DNA from: Psammoneis japonica
Taxonomy: Eukaryota
Assembly (NCBI GenBank): GCA_008632985.1
Contig: QPGO01000023.1
Coordinates: forward strand, 617,681-681,680
Direction: 5' to 3'
Length of the DNA stretch: 64,000 nucleotides
In this document: positions 1-13,244 of the stretch, piece after piece
How positions within the stretch are numbered: the stretch's first letter is position 1
Layout of the letters: each line of letters opens with the position of its first letter
Program-made: the position numbers and the translations under genes
The notes under the pieces: model-generated
Told to the model about the DNA's origin: nothing
What the model saw: only the letters and a program-made list of their open reading frames with translations
Database searches by the model: none

Positions 1-911
1 TGTGAGGAACTTGGTGTTGAGACGGGTAGGATGGTTTTTGACGCGTCTCGTGGTTTGGATTCCGAGGAGGTGAAGGAAACAGCCGGGGCTCTGGTAAAGA
101 GCATTACAGCCTTCAAATCTTTCTCTCGCACACAGTTAATGTCGGAGGAGATTATCAAATGGATATCTTTGCTGGCGACAGATGTAATTTCTAGAGTCGA
201 ACAGGACTGTTCACGTAATGAACGGTACCCTTCGAGTCTGAGTGTGCAGTACACATTCTCCAAAGACGGTAAGGAGTTGGCACCGGACTGGATTCAAATC
301 TGAACCTGACCTTATGAACCATAGCCTCTTACACAGTCTGATGGAATGCCTGTAACCTCTGCATAATACCAGATCGCACGAATGATCGTGTAAGCCGTAG
401 CGTGAGAATACAATTCCCACGGTTTCACGAGGATAAAAAGAAGGAACTGTTGATGGAGCAAGTCCGTGCAGCTGTGAAAGCAAGAGAGGGGGTTGTTTTT
501 CTCTACCGGATCGGTTTGTGCGCCTGTGATTTTGAGCCAAGACTTCGAAATGGAATATCCTCGTATTTTCAAAAGGAGGGCGACATGAAAGGCAGGAATG
601 AACAGGACGTTAGCTCGGCTACTGCAACAACAACTCCGCAGAAGCCGCAGCACCAAAAAGCCTCGCCATCGCAACGTCCCTCAGAGCAAGTCGAGAGAAA
701 AAGACAGCCCGCAACAGAAGATAGAATAGGGAGCTCCAATATTGTCGATGAAGACATGGAGTACGCTCGGAAACTGCAACAGTCGTATGATCGGGAAAAC
801 ATGGTGTTGAGCGCGTTGGAAAGAAAATCAAAGTCAAAAAACAGGAGCACGACAAAGGGTGGTTCAAATAAAAAGAAGATGAAGCTGGACAGTTTCTTTC
901 GAAAGGTGTAG
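1..911 (+). CDS. POLH: Y-family DNA polymerase eta, C-terminal part (5' truncated); intron about 269-372
   Basis: Little-finger-like region KSITAFKSF...WISLLATDVISRVEQDCSRNERYP. A GTAAGG...CCAG intron joins the two ORFs in frame. Ends with a UIM-like EDMEYARKLQQSYD and a basic NLS plus PIP-like KKMKLDSFF. Confidence 0.75.
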
Positions 912-1471
912 GTAACAAAAAACCGTAAAGTCTATGAATCGAGGTGAAGTATTGACTCTGCTCTTTAAAAAGCCGGAAGGAACAGCATCGCAGTTCTCGT
1001 TTGTCTCGTCGTTGTTGTCGTCTGCATTCGCCGTGGCGATCTTCTCAACTGCTTATCAACCAGAACTTCGATTGCTGTCTCTCGGAATTAGCCGCGTCAC
1101 TTCATCGTCTTTCTTAAGTCTTGAGAAAGGCCAATCATAATGTCTACTACCTAATCTACTCTGTAGAGAGAAGCCGTCATCTTCCTTAGCTAGAGGTAGC
1201 TAATACTCTACTAGAGACTAGAGGGCACCAAATCCCCAAGATGGGAGCTCGCGAAGTGCAGGAATGATCAATTGCATATTTTCATCTAGAGAAGTGGACT
1301 ACAGTACCGTAACTGCAATGTGATCCAATATGCAGCATTCATTCCAGCGTACAAAATGTGGACACAGTTGCTGGACTTGTAGGAACGAATCCGTTTCAAT
1401 AACAAACACTAATTCTAACATAAATGACATATAAGTTCACAGCTCTAAGAACCCCTCTGGAAGAGCAAAAT

Positions 1472-2301
1472 CTAGCCACAGCATGATTTTGCAGAGGTTC
1501 TCGCAGCTTCTTCCTCAGCTTTGTTTTCTGAAAGAGAAATTACAGGCGCACCGGTTCCGTTTGGGATCTTTTGACCCGGCGACACCGCGGTCGGCATACT
1601 TTGTTGACAGACTTGAGTTGTTTCTTTGTTTGTGTTTTGTAGATCTCTTGCAGAATCTTTTGGAATGCCGTGTCAACACCCGTGGCATCCAACGCTGACG
1701 TTTCAATAAATGCGAGTCCATTCTTTCGTGCAAAGGACCGCCCGTCCCGAACAAAGACGGTGCGTTGATCCGACAAGTCTGTCTTGTTACCAACTAACAT
1801 GATGAGGCATTCCTTTTCCGCATTTTCCTCCACTTCCTTGAGCCACATGGGAACATGATTGAACGAATTCCGTTCCGTAACATCGTACACCAGCAGAGCA
1901 CCAACCGCACCACGATAGTATGACGACGCAATTGACCTATAGCGCTCTTGACCTGCAGTGTCCCAGATTTGCGCCTTTACCATCTTATTATCCTCAATCT
2001 GAACCGTTTTGGTGGCAAACTCGACTCCGATTGTACTTTTGGAATCCTTATTAAAATCATTCTTGGTGAAGCGGTACACGAGCTGCGACTTGCCCACACC
2101 CGAGTCACCCAACAAGACGATTTTGAAAATGAACTAGGTCCAGAAAGCCATAAAAAGCAGAAAAGTGAGGAACCATCAGAAAGACAACTTGCCGCACATT
2201 CACGGTACCTCAAAACAGTAGCAGCAGTCGCAAAAGATGAATGGCACGTTTCACTTTTCTCGGTTTCGATCAGAACTCACGTCGTAGCTTTCGTTCTCCA
2301 T
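1472..2301 (-). CDS. RAB11: Rab11-family small GTPase; intron 2134-2280; one apparent frameshift near 1600
   Basis: [51 protein letters not shown]. Adding one A in an A-run near 1600 gives a C-terminus ending SCCG* (prenylation motif). Confidence 0.92.
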
Positions 2302-2728
2302 GATTTCGATAAAATATATATCCTCGAGAGGTATGGGATATACTAAGTAGAAAATGAGATAACTTGCAACGCTTGTTCCCTCCAACGTTGGTGCAGAATA
2401 AATGACACAACGCTCGATAGACACCTCAACAGAAAAAGCGTTGAGAACCGGTGAAGACTGAAGACTGATGAACACAACAGCACAAAACGACCGCGACATT
2501 GACGAATGTTGTCGGGTTTCTCTCAATGACCCGAAATGACTATGACCTGTCTAAATAAAAATATTCATCAACGAAGGTTATTCGAACGAATCGATTTTGA
2601 AAATTTCAACTTTCATCCGTGCTTCGTCCGTCATGATGCCGGCGCCACAAACTTTCTCCATCCGACCGCTCTCGCTCTCCACAACATCATAGACAACAAC
2701 AGCAACTCTTTCCCATCCTCTTTGAATC

Positions 2729-4305
2729 ATGTCGAAGGATGCAAGATCATCTTCCGGCGCAGCCTTTGCTGGGTTTCTTGTTGGATCAGCCGCCACAGCG
2801 GCAATTTCATTCCTCTTGTTGAAAACACGTGAAGAACGAACCCAACGACGACGACATGTCGTCACGACCGAGTCGCCGAAACAACTGCCGACTGAACTTA
2901 GAGACGAACAATTGTCTCGGCACACGCTTTATTTCGAAAAAGAGGGAATGGATCGTTTGAAAAATGCGAATGTATTGGTTGTGGGTTTGGGGGGTGTTGG
3001 ATCGCACGCGGCACACATGTTGGCACGTGGCGGTGTTTCGTATTTGCGAATCATTGATTTTGATCAGGTGACGCTTTCGAGTTTGAATAGACATGCTTGT
3101 GCAACTCTTTCTCATGTCGGCACACCCAAGGCAACATGTCTCAAGGCTTTTCTAGAACAAATTTGTCCAGACAAACGATATTTTGAAGTTGAAGCGATTT
3201 CAGAAATGTACACTGCCGACAATGGCGAAAGTCTTTTCGCAGGAAGGGATTGGGATATCGTCATTGATGCCATTGATGATGTTCCAACCAAGGCAGCCTT
3301 GCTAGCTCAATGCATTCAAAAGAATATTCGTGTCATTTCCTGCATGGGCGCGGGTGGCAAGAGTGACTTTACTCGTCTTCACGTTTCGGATTTGAAAACG
3401 GCAAGTCGCGATCCCTGGCCAGCAAGTTGAGAACACAGCTCAAGCGATTACTTCCCGACACTCATGTTGATTATCTGGGTGACATGGATCTCGTGGCTGT
3501 CATTTATAGCTCTGAAAAGACAGTTATGAAGCTAGCAGACTTTACGCCCGAACAAAAGGAGGAGGGCGTGCATAAGTTCGGTGCCGTGGATAATATGCGC
3601 ATACGTGTTCTTCCGGTACTCGGAACAATGCCTGCGATTATGGGTCAGAGTTTGGCAGCTCTAGCTCTTTGTGAACTGGGGAACAAACCATTTTCGGTGA
3701 GTCATTATTGGGACTGCAGTATGTGCCACTCTTTCTTTCAGTGTCTCACTGAGTATTTGTCTCGTTTCTCCTACAGCCTGTTGCCGGGGAACGGGTTGGC
3801 AAGAATGTGCGACATCGGTACGTTATGAGAAGCAAGCTTTCGGTACTAACAGTTTCTTCAACGCTATCTAGATGACTTACGTGTTTTTCTTTCACCTATA
3901 TGTCGTCTCTCTCTCCATAGTTTGTTGCAACACTTGAAACGGCGAGAAAAGAAAATCAAAGATGATGTCGAGGCAGGGCTGGACACTACACCGGATCCCA
4001 CAGATGATGGTTGTATCATTGATGGCAAGTGGGTAGGACCTGTTCAAATTGACACTGATGATGTAGAGTACCTATTAGAGGTTTGGAGGAACCGTTGCGC
4101 TGTCACAGGTGATCGATTGGGAACTGTGCTTGAACTGGCTCGATGGGATGTATCCAAACCTTCCACCTGCGGCAATCTTGTGCTAATGAGCGCGAGAGCG
4201 ATTCAGCAGTTTGATTCCAAGGGCTTGGCAAGTATACCTCGACACGTCCAAATTAAAATTGAGACTCGCCTGGCATCGTTCAGAACTGACGCATATACCT
4301 ATTGA
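2729..4305 (+). CDS. ThiF/E1-like tRNA threonylcarbamoyladenosine dehydratase (TCD1/TcdA-like), spliced, frameshift near 3416
   Basis: N-terminal TM segment, VVGLGGVGS, DFDQVTLSSLNRH, DAIDD, SCMGAGGK, RVLPVLGTMPAIMG. Two GT-AG introns near 3697-3776 and 3818-3920. Confidence 0.85.
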
Positions 4306-4459
4306 CAAAACGCATTGGATGCCATGAGACGAGATCAGATCTTGGTATTGGTCACTCCCCGATAGAAAGCTAGCTTCGAATCATAAGCTTACCCCATGAG
4401 ATAAACAGGCACAAGCACAACGCTCTTCGAGTATTTTGCATCCACCTACTAGTCCTTTC

Positions 4460-5474
4460 TCAGGCGCCAAGATAGATTTCAGTGACAAGCATAATGGCAA
4501 TTCCAGCAACTGTACCGGCGAAGCCAGGAAACTTGTTTTCATTCTTCATGTAGCGGTAGGCTTCTGGAAAAAGATCTAGCAAGCCACCATCATCATGACG
4601 CCAGATACAAACGACAGCACATTTTCGAGTTCCAAGCCTCGACTGGGATCAAACACAGCCAGGGCCATTGCTGCACCCAGCGGCTCGGCAAGCCCCGACA
4701 AACTCGCCAAACAAAACGCCAAAATGGAAAATCAGGTCTTGCCGCGAGGCATGGAATAGCAATAGCAATGCCCTCGGGGATATTGTGAAAGGCAATTGCA
4801 AGTGCTGTAGTCCAACCCAGACGCATATTGTGCATGGTAGACACGGCGACAGCAAGGCCCTCTGGGAAGTTGTGCACCGCCAGTGACACAAACAGTACCA
4901 GCGATAGTCGCCAAGCGCGACGTGCTTCTGTATCTTGCAAGTCGTTTCCTCGTATGGATATGCCTTGGAACACGCCATTCGTTCGTTTCCGTTCTGTTTG
5001 TTCTTCTACATCTCCACCCGCATCGGTGGTGGCTGTTAATGGAAACGGCATTGGAAGTTGCGCAGTCACAGTCACATTGAAGTTCTGCGTCGTAGTCGGT
5101 GTAATGCGTGGCACAGCCCGCCGTGTTGTACTTTGGGAGTCCAAAGTGTGAGATGTTTCTTTCAAGCCGAGCGAAATTAAGTCTTCGGGTTGGGGAAATG
5201 CGAATTTAGATAGCCCAAGGTACATTGCGCATCCCACACAAAGTGACAGACATCGTTGGGACACTTGCATAGAATCAAGAGTTGAACCATCGAATTGAAA
5301 GACCTCTGGTAGTATCGACACGAGACAGACCGTCATCATGACTGAACCAGCTAGTGACAGTGAGAAAGCCATGTGTGAATGTCCGAGTTGTCTGTTTCGA
5401 AAGAGAAAAACCACGGCAGCTCCTAGGCACGTTGAAAGTCCAGCCATTGTAGACAATACCAGAGGCAGAGGCAT
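4460..5474 (-). CDS. ZIP (ZupT/GufA-like) metal transporter, with apparent frameshifts in the 3' part
   Basis: LSTMAGLSTCLGA, HNFPEGLAV, AIAFHNIPEGIAIA. The C-terminal TM segment AGIAIMLVTEIYLGA* lies in another frame. Confidence 0.85.
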
Positions 5475-6224
5475 ATCATGGGACTCTATTATCCTCATGA
5501 AACACAAATTATCAATCACAGTAGTTTCCAAATTCCAATTCGGGGCGAATGCAATCTGAGTGGACCATGTTGTCATGGGCAAAACTGCCTTTGTGACTGT
5601 CGGAACCAACATTTTGGGATCGCTCAGGGCTCCGGGTTGAGCTTGGAGGGCATGCCTTTGGGAGGAAATTGACCGCTCCCTCTATACTATAAAGCCCCTT
5701 GAGACCTGCTATCTGCCGTTAGAATAAGCTTTGGTGCGGTATTTTCTTTGAGCTTATTGGTTCGAGAAAATCTGCAGCAGCTCTTACTTTCTTATTATTG
5801 CGCCGAATTCAAACAATCTTACACCTATGATGAATTCACTGATTCGGTATAAACGTGACAATGAGAACAGTGCTTACTGCACGGTAAGTTTGACTTCGAC
5901 GGAGAGATGATGCGGTGCTGTGTTTTTACTTTGCGCCGCCAGCTGCGGTGTTAGCGTACTGAAAGGGTTTACGCGGTTATGAGACAATGATTCCGCAGTA
6001 GTACTCAACAAAAAATGATTGAAAGACGGACACTCTATTTTTGCTTTTCTGAGCTCTGCGACATGTTGGGCGTTCGCGAAGATATCCGTGAAGATCCATG
6101 CGGCATGCGGAGACATTCCCCTCATATCATACTTTCCACTTTTCAGCGCTGTGGGGTGTAAAGACAACAGTATTTTCTGAAAACATTCCACTGGAAGAGC
6201 TGCGTTACTCTAAAAGAAAAGAAT

Positions 6225-8042
6225 ATGTCGAACAATCTGTGTGCCACGCCGCTAGAAGACGCATGGCTAGAAAATTTGTTTTGCGCCGAGACTCTTCCGG
6301 TCAACGTTGGTGTTGCGCGAGGAATCATTGCGATCGGCACAAGCAATCTCTTGGTACTTGACCGTAGCAGTCCCCAGCAAGTACTGTGGCTTTATGATTC
6401 AGATGGAGATGATTTGGCGGATTCCAGTTTTAGAGTGGTGGAACAATTTCGCCTAAATCATGGTTTGGCGCTTGACAATGGCTACCTTTACGCATCCAGC
6501 AGCCCAACGGTCTATCGGTGGCCCTTTCAGGTTGAACAAGACGGAGACTTTACGGTCGGGGATCGAGAGGCTGTGATTGTAAACATGAATGCGGACGGCC
6601 AGGGCGGTGCTCCTCAAGGACACAGAACTCGAACTTTGATTTTTGATTCCCAGGGGTTGCTTTACGTATCGATTGGTTCGAATGGCAACGTGGATGCAGA
6701 TTCCTTTCGATCACGGATCCGTCGCTTCAGTTTGACTGAATCACCCTTGCCTATAGACTTTGCGTCCGGAGAAGTCTTTGCGGATGGATTGAGAAATACA
6801 GTTGGGCTAGCTTTCGATAAGTATGGAATTCTCTGGGGCGTAGAGAACGGTGCAGACCAACTCAACAGAGCCGACTTGGGTGGTGACATTCACAACGACA
6901 ACCCCGCAGAAGAACTAAATCGTTTTCCGAATGAATTGATCGGAAAGCATTGGGGATACCCTTTTTGTTGGTCCGAGTTTGAGCTTCATGTGGGCCTTGG
7001 CCGTGGTACTAGGTGGGCGTGGCCGTCCTTTCTCGACGATGGGATCACGGATGAGTATTGCCGGAATGAAACAATCGCCTCTGAGTTGTCAATGCAAGCC
7101 CACCATGCTCCTCTTGGAATTGTCTTTTATAATTACACGAGTGATCTTCCTGTTGGTTGTACAGGCACATTTCCCAAAGAAATGAATGGATATGCATTCA
7201 TTGCTAATCATGGATCTTGGAATCGCGATGTGCCTGTCGGGTACAGTGTCGTGTACGTTGCAATGGACGACAACGGACGAGTACCTCAAGGGGAGGTAGC
7301 GCATGATTTGCTACGACACAATGGTAATGGTGCCAAGTGGCCGGACGGATTTCGTCCAGTGGACGTGGACTTTGACGATTGTGGACGTCTCTTGGTTTCC
7401 TCAGATGGTAGTGGCGGAAACGGAGCCAAAGTGGTCCGCATTTCCTATCAAGGTATGGGTGTCACTACTGGAGAGTCAATGATTCCTTCGCTTGTACCAT
7501 CGGGTGCGCCATCGTCCGGCCCAACGATTGACCCTTCACTTAATCCTTCGTCAGCGCCATCAGGCGCGCTACCGACGGTCGACACTTCATCGAGTCCTTC
7601 GTCATCACCATCTGGCGCTCCAACATCTGGCACGACGGTCGACACTTCATCGAGTCCTTCGTCATCACCATCGGGCGCTCCAACATCTGGCACGAAAGTC
7701 GACACTTCACATAGTCCTTCATCATCACCATCAGGCGCTCCAACAACTAGCCCGACGGTCGACACTTCACCTGGCCCTTCGGCATCATTATCACCATCGG
7801 GCGAGCCAATGTCTTTTGCCCCAACCGACGCAAACTTGCCATCATCGGCCCCGTCCACTGCTCCGACATTTGACTCCTCTCCTCCAAGTCTTTCGCCCAC
7901 GACTAGCGTTGCCCTTGAATCGCAATTTCCTCCAAGTCTTTCGCCCACGACTAGCTTTGCCCTTGAATCGCAATTTCTTGCTCCGTTGGGACTCCAGCTG
8001 ATGCTACTTCTGCTCGTGACTCTGTTGCTAATACGTTCTTGA
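6225..8042 (+). CDS. Sorbosone/glucose dehydrogenase-like beta-propeller with a Pro/Ser/Thr stalk and hydrophobic C-terminus
   Basis: HRTRTL, LYVSIGS, FADGLRNTVG, ENGAD, DNPAEELN, GYPFC, HHAPLG, HGSWNR, RPVDV motifs. PSSAPS repeats follow, then a C-terminal hydrophobic tail. Confidence 0.8.
   Translation: MSNNLCATPLEDAWLENLFCAETLPVNVGVARGIIAIGTSNLLVLDRSSPQQVLWLYDSDGDDLADSSFRVVEQFRLNHGLALDNGYLYASSSPTVYRWPFQVEQDGDFTVGDREAVIVNMNADGQGGAPQGHRTRTLIFDSQGLLYVSIGSNGNVDADSFRSRIRRFSLTESPLPIDFASGEVFADGLRNTVGLAFDKYGILWGVENGADQLNRADLGGDIHNDNPAEELNRFPNELIGKHWGYPFCWSEFELHVGLGRGTRWAWPSFLDDGITDEYCRNETIASELSMQAHHAPLGIVFYNYTSDLPVGCTGTFPKEMNGYAFIANHGSWNRDVPVGYSVVYVAMDDNGRVPQGEVAHDLLRHNGNGAKWPDGFRPVDVDFDDCGRLLVSSDGSGGNGAKVVRISYQGMGVTTGESMIPSLVPSGAPSSGPTIDPSLNPSSAPSGALPTVDTSSSPSSSPSGAPTSGTTVDTSSSPSSSPSGAPTSGTKVDTSHSPSSSPSGAPTTSPTVDTSPGPSASLSPSGEPMSFAPTDANLPSSAPSTAPTFDSSPPSLSPTTSVALESQFPPSLSPTTSFALESQFLAPLGLQLMLLLLVTLLLIRS
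7575..7800 (+). repeat. About 3.7 copies of a 60-bp coding tandem repeat (20-aa TVDTSSSPSSSPSGAPTSGT)
   Basis: The unit GACACTTCATCGAGTCCTTCGTCATCACCATC... recurs at exactly 60-bp spacing. Confidence 0.9.
7881..7976 (+). repeat. Two copies of a 48-bp coding repeat (PPSLSPTTS[V/F]ALESQF)
   Basis: Direct tandem duplication visible in both DNA and protein. Confidence 0.9.
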
Positions 8043-8634
8043 AGGTGGAACGCAAGCGTTTCGAGACGATATCAAGTCGCTGCTTTAGTACGTTTCGCAT
8101 ATGTCGTGTTTCTCCGAATTCTCTTCGATTGGCGGCGCGTACGCTTGTCTTTCTGGAGGTCCGCAGTCCGACATGCTGACCCAACAACTGACTCACATTG
8201 TGTAAACATGTAGTATTCATCAGGTGTGAAGATTCAAAGAGGCTCGGACAATTCTCGAAGGTGTGAGTGTGCGTAGAAGACGGACCAAGAGGTCAGTAGA
8301 AGTCGAGGAGGACGAGTTCCATGGATAGTCCAGTGACGTACACGGAGGTCCAGTATCTTCAATTTATCAGGCGCCACTCATAAGCTCAACCGGGCCGCAG
8401 TATTCAAAGTTGTCGTCCGCGCTTCCTCATGATGGTATGCAGCAGGGCACGAATACAATGAAATAAAGCCATTACAATAGCAACTATCACTACCGGGCGG
8501 TTCATGTCAACAAATGTTTATGGGAAGTATGGATTAATGTACCATGCAATGCGAATGCTTTGGGTATTCATTTGAGAAATCTGTCGTTGCTGCATTCCTG
8601 AACTGGTCAAATGAAAGAAAATAGTCCATGTTTC

Positions 8635-11600
8635 TCAACGAGAATCAGAAGATGCAGGAGAAAGACCCGAAAGGGCGAGTTCCTTGTTCAGCGCATCGAT
8701 TTCCCTTGGGAGATACCCACAGAGTCTAACCTCTTTGAGTTCTTTGTATCCACTGTATTTTGAAATTGTATCGACAGCAATGTGAAGCGGTCTCGAGTAA
8801 TTTCCGCCCGCGCGCTTCCCAGCGCTGAGCATCGAGAATCCAATCGCCTCAAGCCGTGCGGCTTTCGCAAGGTCTAAGCTTGCTTGATATGCTGAGCGTA
8901 GTTGCGCATCTTTCTGCAGCACAGAGATGTTCCCGTCTCCAGCAGAGTATGTAGGTCCTACCGCAAATATCACGTAATCTGTTTGCAGATTCCCGCATTT
9001 GTGAGGACCAACGATTCGCGCATCTCCGGTTGGGCAACGAATGCCTCCCACTCATTTTCGCCCACCTTTGTAAGGCTCTTTACTTTATCCGTAAGTTGGG
9101 AACCCCCTGCCTCTACAACAGCTGCGTCCACGGACCCTTGGATGGGAACAACGCTTTCGTTCGTGGCACAGACAATGGCTGCCTTTCTATTCGAATACGA
9201 AAATTTTGACACACAGCCTAAGGATGCAACCAGCACAAAAGAGTCGGCGGTGCGGGGAGTCTGTGCTGGACAGATGTAGCGAATCTTACGGGGGCTGACG
9301 TCTCGACGGTTTGAGAATCGGCGTAACCAAGACAGCATTGACCTCGAAGATGGATTTCGAGGAGTGAGGGTGGTTGCGTGAGAAAATGCTCCGAGACCGA
9401 AATCTCCAGCAATCCTTGTCAGAGTCTTGAAGTGCAGAGACTCATAGGCACATAAATGAATCTCCTCCAGTTCATCGTACCCTTCGAAGCTGCAGATAGT
9501 GTCCAACCCGATACGCAACGGTCGCTCACTGTTCGTCCCTGCCCGAGAGCCAGCACTAACAAGCGAAAACGCGACAGCTTTTAACCGCCGATCTTTTGCC
9601 AAGGCGAGAGCTTCTTTATACGACGAACGAAGGAGCTCATCACTTTTCTGTAGCGTGTGAGCGGTTTCTTTGCCACCACCTTCGATGTCGACGTAGGCTG
9701 GGCCCACTTGAAAATCACATAGTCAACTTGAAGACTGTTGTACGAACCGGGTCCAACCAGTTTGGCTTCGCCAACCCGCATTTAGCCGTCCCCAAAGTAC
9801 TTTGGGAGACCGACGGTAGCTTGGCGAGGTCGTGCGCTAAGGACGTACCCCCAGCTTGTAACACAGCGCTGTTGGCTCCACCAGGAAGAGGGAACAAACT
9901 TTCATTGGTGCAGCAGACGATTGCTGCATCTGTTGTGTGATAGGAGAAGTCAACGATTGAGCCATGAGATATCGCCACAGAGAAGGACGCTCCATTGCCA
10001 AATTCGCCGCTTGAGGGGACTTTGTATTTAGCGGCACACCACAGAACCCCGGGGTCTTGACGCCAAGAAAGTGGGGCGTGCTCGTTCGGGGCGTGCTCGT
10101 TCTCTGACAATGCTGACTTTTTTGGCGGCTGCATGTTGGCTTTCTCTTCCCGCCTTATTTGATTCCGGACCTTCTCAACATTCTTGGAAATCTTGACAGC
10201 ACGTGAAAATTCTTGAGAGATTGAAGCGTGTCGAGCTCAATTGCCAGGCTGCCTCCTCAACTCTCAATTCTGCAAGCGACTTAAGATTCTGGCGCAATTT
10301 GTAAAGTTCTTGCAGCTGCGAATGATTTTCCTCAGCTTGACTGTAGTCTTTTCGACCGCGAGCTGAGGCCAGCTTCTTCTCATGCTTCTCACCTCTTGTT
10401 CAAGTACAACACGGGTTTCAATCTTCACCTCGAATTCAGCCCTCATTCCGATTTTCATAAGTGATTCAAAGCCCTCGGATGTCATATCTTCGGCGGCTTC
10501 ACCTATCCTCTCTGGGATTCCTTCTCCGATCATCGAAAATATTTCAGCACACCTCTTGACATTGAGCTGTTGATGCAAGTAGAATCAGCCTGGGATTTTG
10601 GAACGAGAAGATTCACGAATTCATCAAGCTTTCCTGGACCACTCTCTACAAACTCGGATTTCAGTGCGAACAGAGTTGCTGTCGTTTCCATAGTCAATGG
10701 ACCGAGATTGATGCTCAGATCAACGTAAACCTTTGTGCTGTGAAAGCGCCAGTTAGGAGGACACACCAAAACAACAGAAACATTCTCCGTCCCTCGGAGA
10801 ATTATTTCCACAAACATCTGTAGTTTGTCCATAGCATTTTCAAACTCCCTCCCTCCGGCGTCGATAAAAATCAGGGCTCTGGTTTTGCGGAAATGTGCAA
10901 TGAGGTTTCCACAGTACGCTTGCACATGCCTCGAAATCGTTCGCAGACGATTCCATCACTTCGCGAAAGCATGTTGACAACGGGTCTCCATCATAAGAGT
11001 GATCGAGTGGTGGGAGCCAAAACACATCGTCAAGTGAACGCGCGCATTTCCGGTTAAAGATGTAGTTGCATGCATACTTAGCGAGAGTCGACTTCCCGAT
11101 TCCACGACGCCCCATGATTTGTATCAGCGCAGGACGACTAGCAGCTTTCAAAATCTTGTGGGTTTCGATTTCTCGACCAATGCAAAATTGGGGCTCTGGT
11201 GGTAAATGGCTGCTGGAGTTCTGCTTTCGGACAGATGGAACCATTCCTTGCGGTTGAGGAAACCTATAGAAGATGTGGACGTCGTGATAGGCTTTATCTG
11301 AAGGATTTTCCGGTAGCAAAACAAACTTCCGGTTTTCTTCCTCAGGCAGCGAGACTGTAACTGCTGCTTGCGCAAGATCAAAAGCACGACGGAGGGTTCC
11401 ACGGCAGTGCTCCGTAGAAGTCTTCAATTCCAAGCGTCCATCAGGGATTCACTCTGATAGCAGCACAAAACGTGCTTGACGCCAGCCTTAACCAGGGCTT
11501 CCCCAAAACCACGCGAATAGCACGTGGAGATGAACACAAATTGCAACGTCCCAGGGCCGTTCGAAATGAGCTCTACCAGATCATTGGCCTGAACATAGTG

Positions 11601-12529
11601 TAGCTCACCTCCCGTCACTTCCATAGCAGCATCAATGCTACCAGGATAAGATTGACTGTCACCGCTGCAAAAGCACGACGTTTATGGTCGCGGGCTGAAA
11701 CTCCACGTCAATTTGAGCGTTTAGGTCTATCTGGCTGGCAGTTTTTACGGCGTCTCGGATGGCCTCTCGTTCATATCGGAAATCTGGATGACGTGTAAGG
11801 GCGTGGCATCTCATATCACGAATGTAAACTAACGGTTTTGCCTGGAAGATGATAAGTTTGTACCTTTTGTTAAGTGGTTCATGTCCTTCCTGTTCGCTGG
11901 TAGCATCATGTTTCTCGAACGAAATGCCGTCGTGAGTCTCGCTTCTTACTCGCATCATGTCTTTAGTGGACGCCTTGAGTCTAAACTCTTGATCGATTGG
12001 CAACGATTGAGTTCTTCGATGAGCTGGCTTCGTCTCCGAGTATTTGCCTCATCGCTTCGTTGTCCGAATGATTCGACAATGTGACTAACCGTTGATTCGA
12101 AGGATGACTGTTTGTGCCTATGGTGGTTGAAAGTGGCGGCAATTCCTGGTATGTGTCCTCGGTACATATTACGTCCGGGGTGCCCCTGTCTTTTTGTAGA
12201 GATTCTACGACCGTCTTTAGAGACTCTACGACAGCCTTGAGCTCGTTGACATGCTGCCGTAGATTATGTATTTCTTTCCTCATCCCCTCATCAGGATTGT
12301 TTCCGGCGGGAGGATTCACCATTGCTTGATATTCTGTATCAACAGAATTTCGCCAGTCATCTGTCTCTCGCCCCATCATTTTCTGGGAATGTACTTCCAT
12401 TCGTGCATCGCAGTATTCGACACACGAATGTGTCGTTGGATCTGCAGGTATATTCTTGCTTCGTTTGCCCCAAATCCTGTTTAGAACACTGGCGCACAAG
12501 GAGAATGCACTCATTTTGAAAGGATTCAC
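8635..12529 (-). CDS. Multidomain coiled-coil + CHAT-like + STAND-type P-loop NTPase + two macrodomains; broken into several ORFs (errors, introns or pseudogene)
   Basis: CHAT-like LIIFQAKPLV...EREAI...FQPAT and FVFISTCYS...AGVKHVLCC. NTPase IGRE...GRRGIGKS, Walker B ALIFID, GIP. Two macro folds: AAIVCxTNE...AGG, YVIFAVGP, LRSAY, AFSxxSAG. Confidence 0.7.
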
Positions 12530-13244
12530 GGGCTAATGCTCCAATGTAGTATCTCAGAGACGGTAACTACAACAAGAACAAAGCAATGCGTTGTGCAACT
12601 GCTTTGCGTGCACCTCTCTGTTGTGAGAATTTGTGAGAATTTTCGTTTGCTGGTGTCATCTGGTGTACAAATGCGTAGAAGATGTACTGCAGTACTGACG
12701 CCCTCGTTCCTTTCTACCGGTACGTAGTGGGCCGTGCCTACCCAATACACGACTGGCCCGGTACGTTTCGTCGTAGCTTTTCACATACGCGTTTTCACGC
12801 AGAGGCGAACGGATGGACCGCGGAACGAAACCGGTTTATTTCACCCTCTGAGACCTTTCGTCCCGCCCTCCAAACTCACTTTGATTCAAAACATATGTAC
12901 AAGTACAGTACTTCGATTCATACTCCCCCTGCGTACCACAGCGACAGCTAGTTCAAAGTAGGTGTGCGCATTGGATGCGACTAGCAAGATCCCAGAGCTC
13001 AGTCGTATTCGCAGTGTAGATGAACTTTGCTGGCAGCACTCTTATTTTGGCATGTATGTGCTTGAATCCCACCTGACATTTCGGAATCGACTTGACGATG
13101 GCGACCGGCAAATGCCCTCATTGAAAAAGAGCAGACATTCCCGTTTTTGTTGAGTCCGACTACCGTAGATTAGTTCAACCTCGCACGTGTCGATAAAAAA
13201 AGCCATCCATCATTGTACCAGTCAAAAGAAACCGCACTAGCTAG

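Noticed and set aside
7575..7976. Regularly spaced repeats as a CRISPR-like array
   Set aside because: They are in-frame coding tandem repeats with no unique spacers, in a eukaryotic gene.
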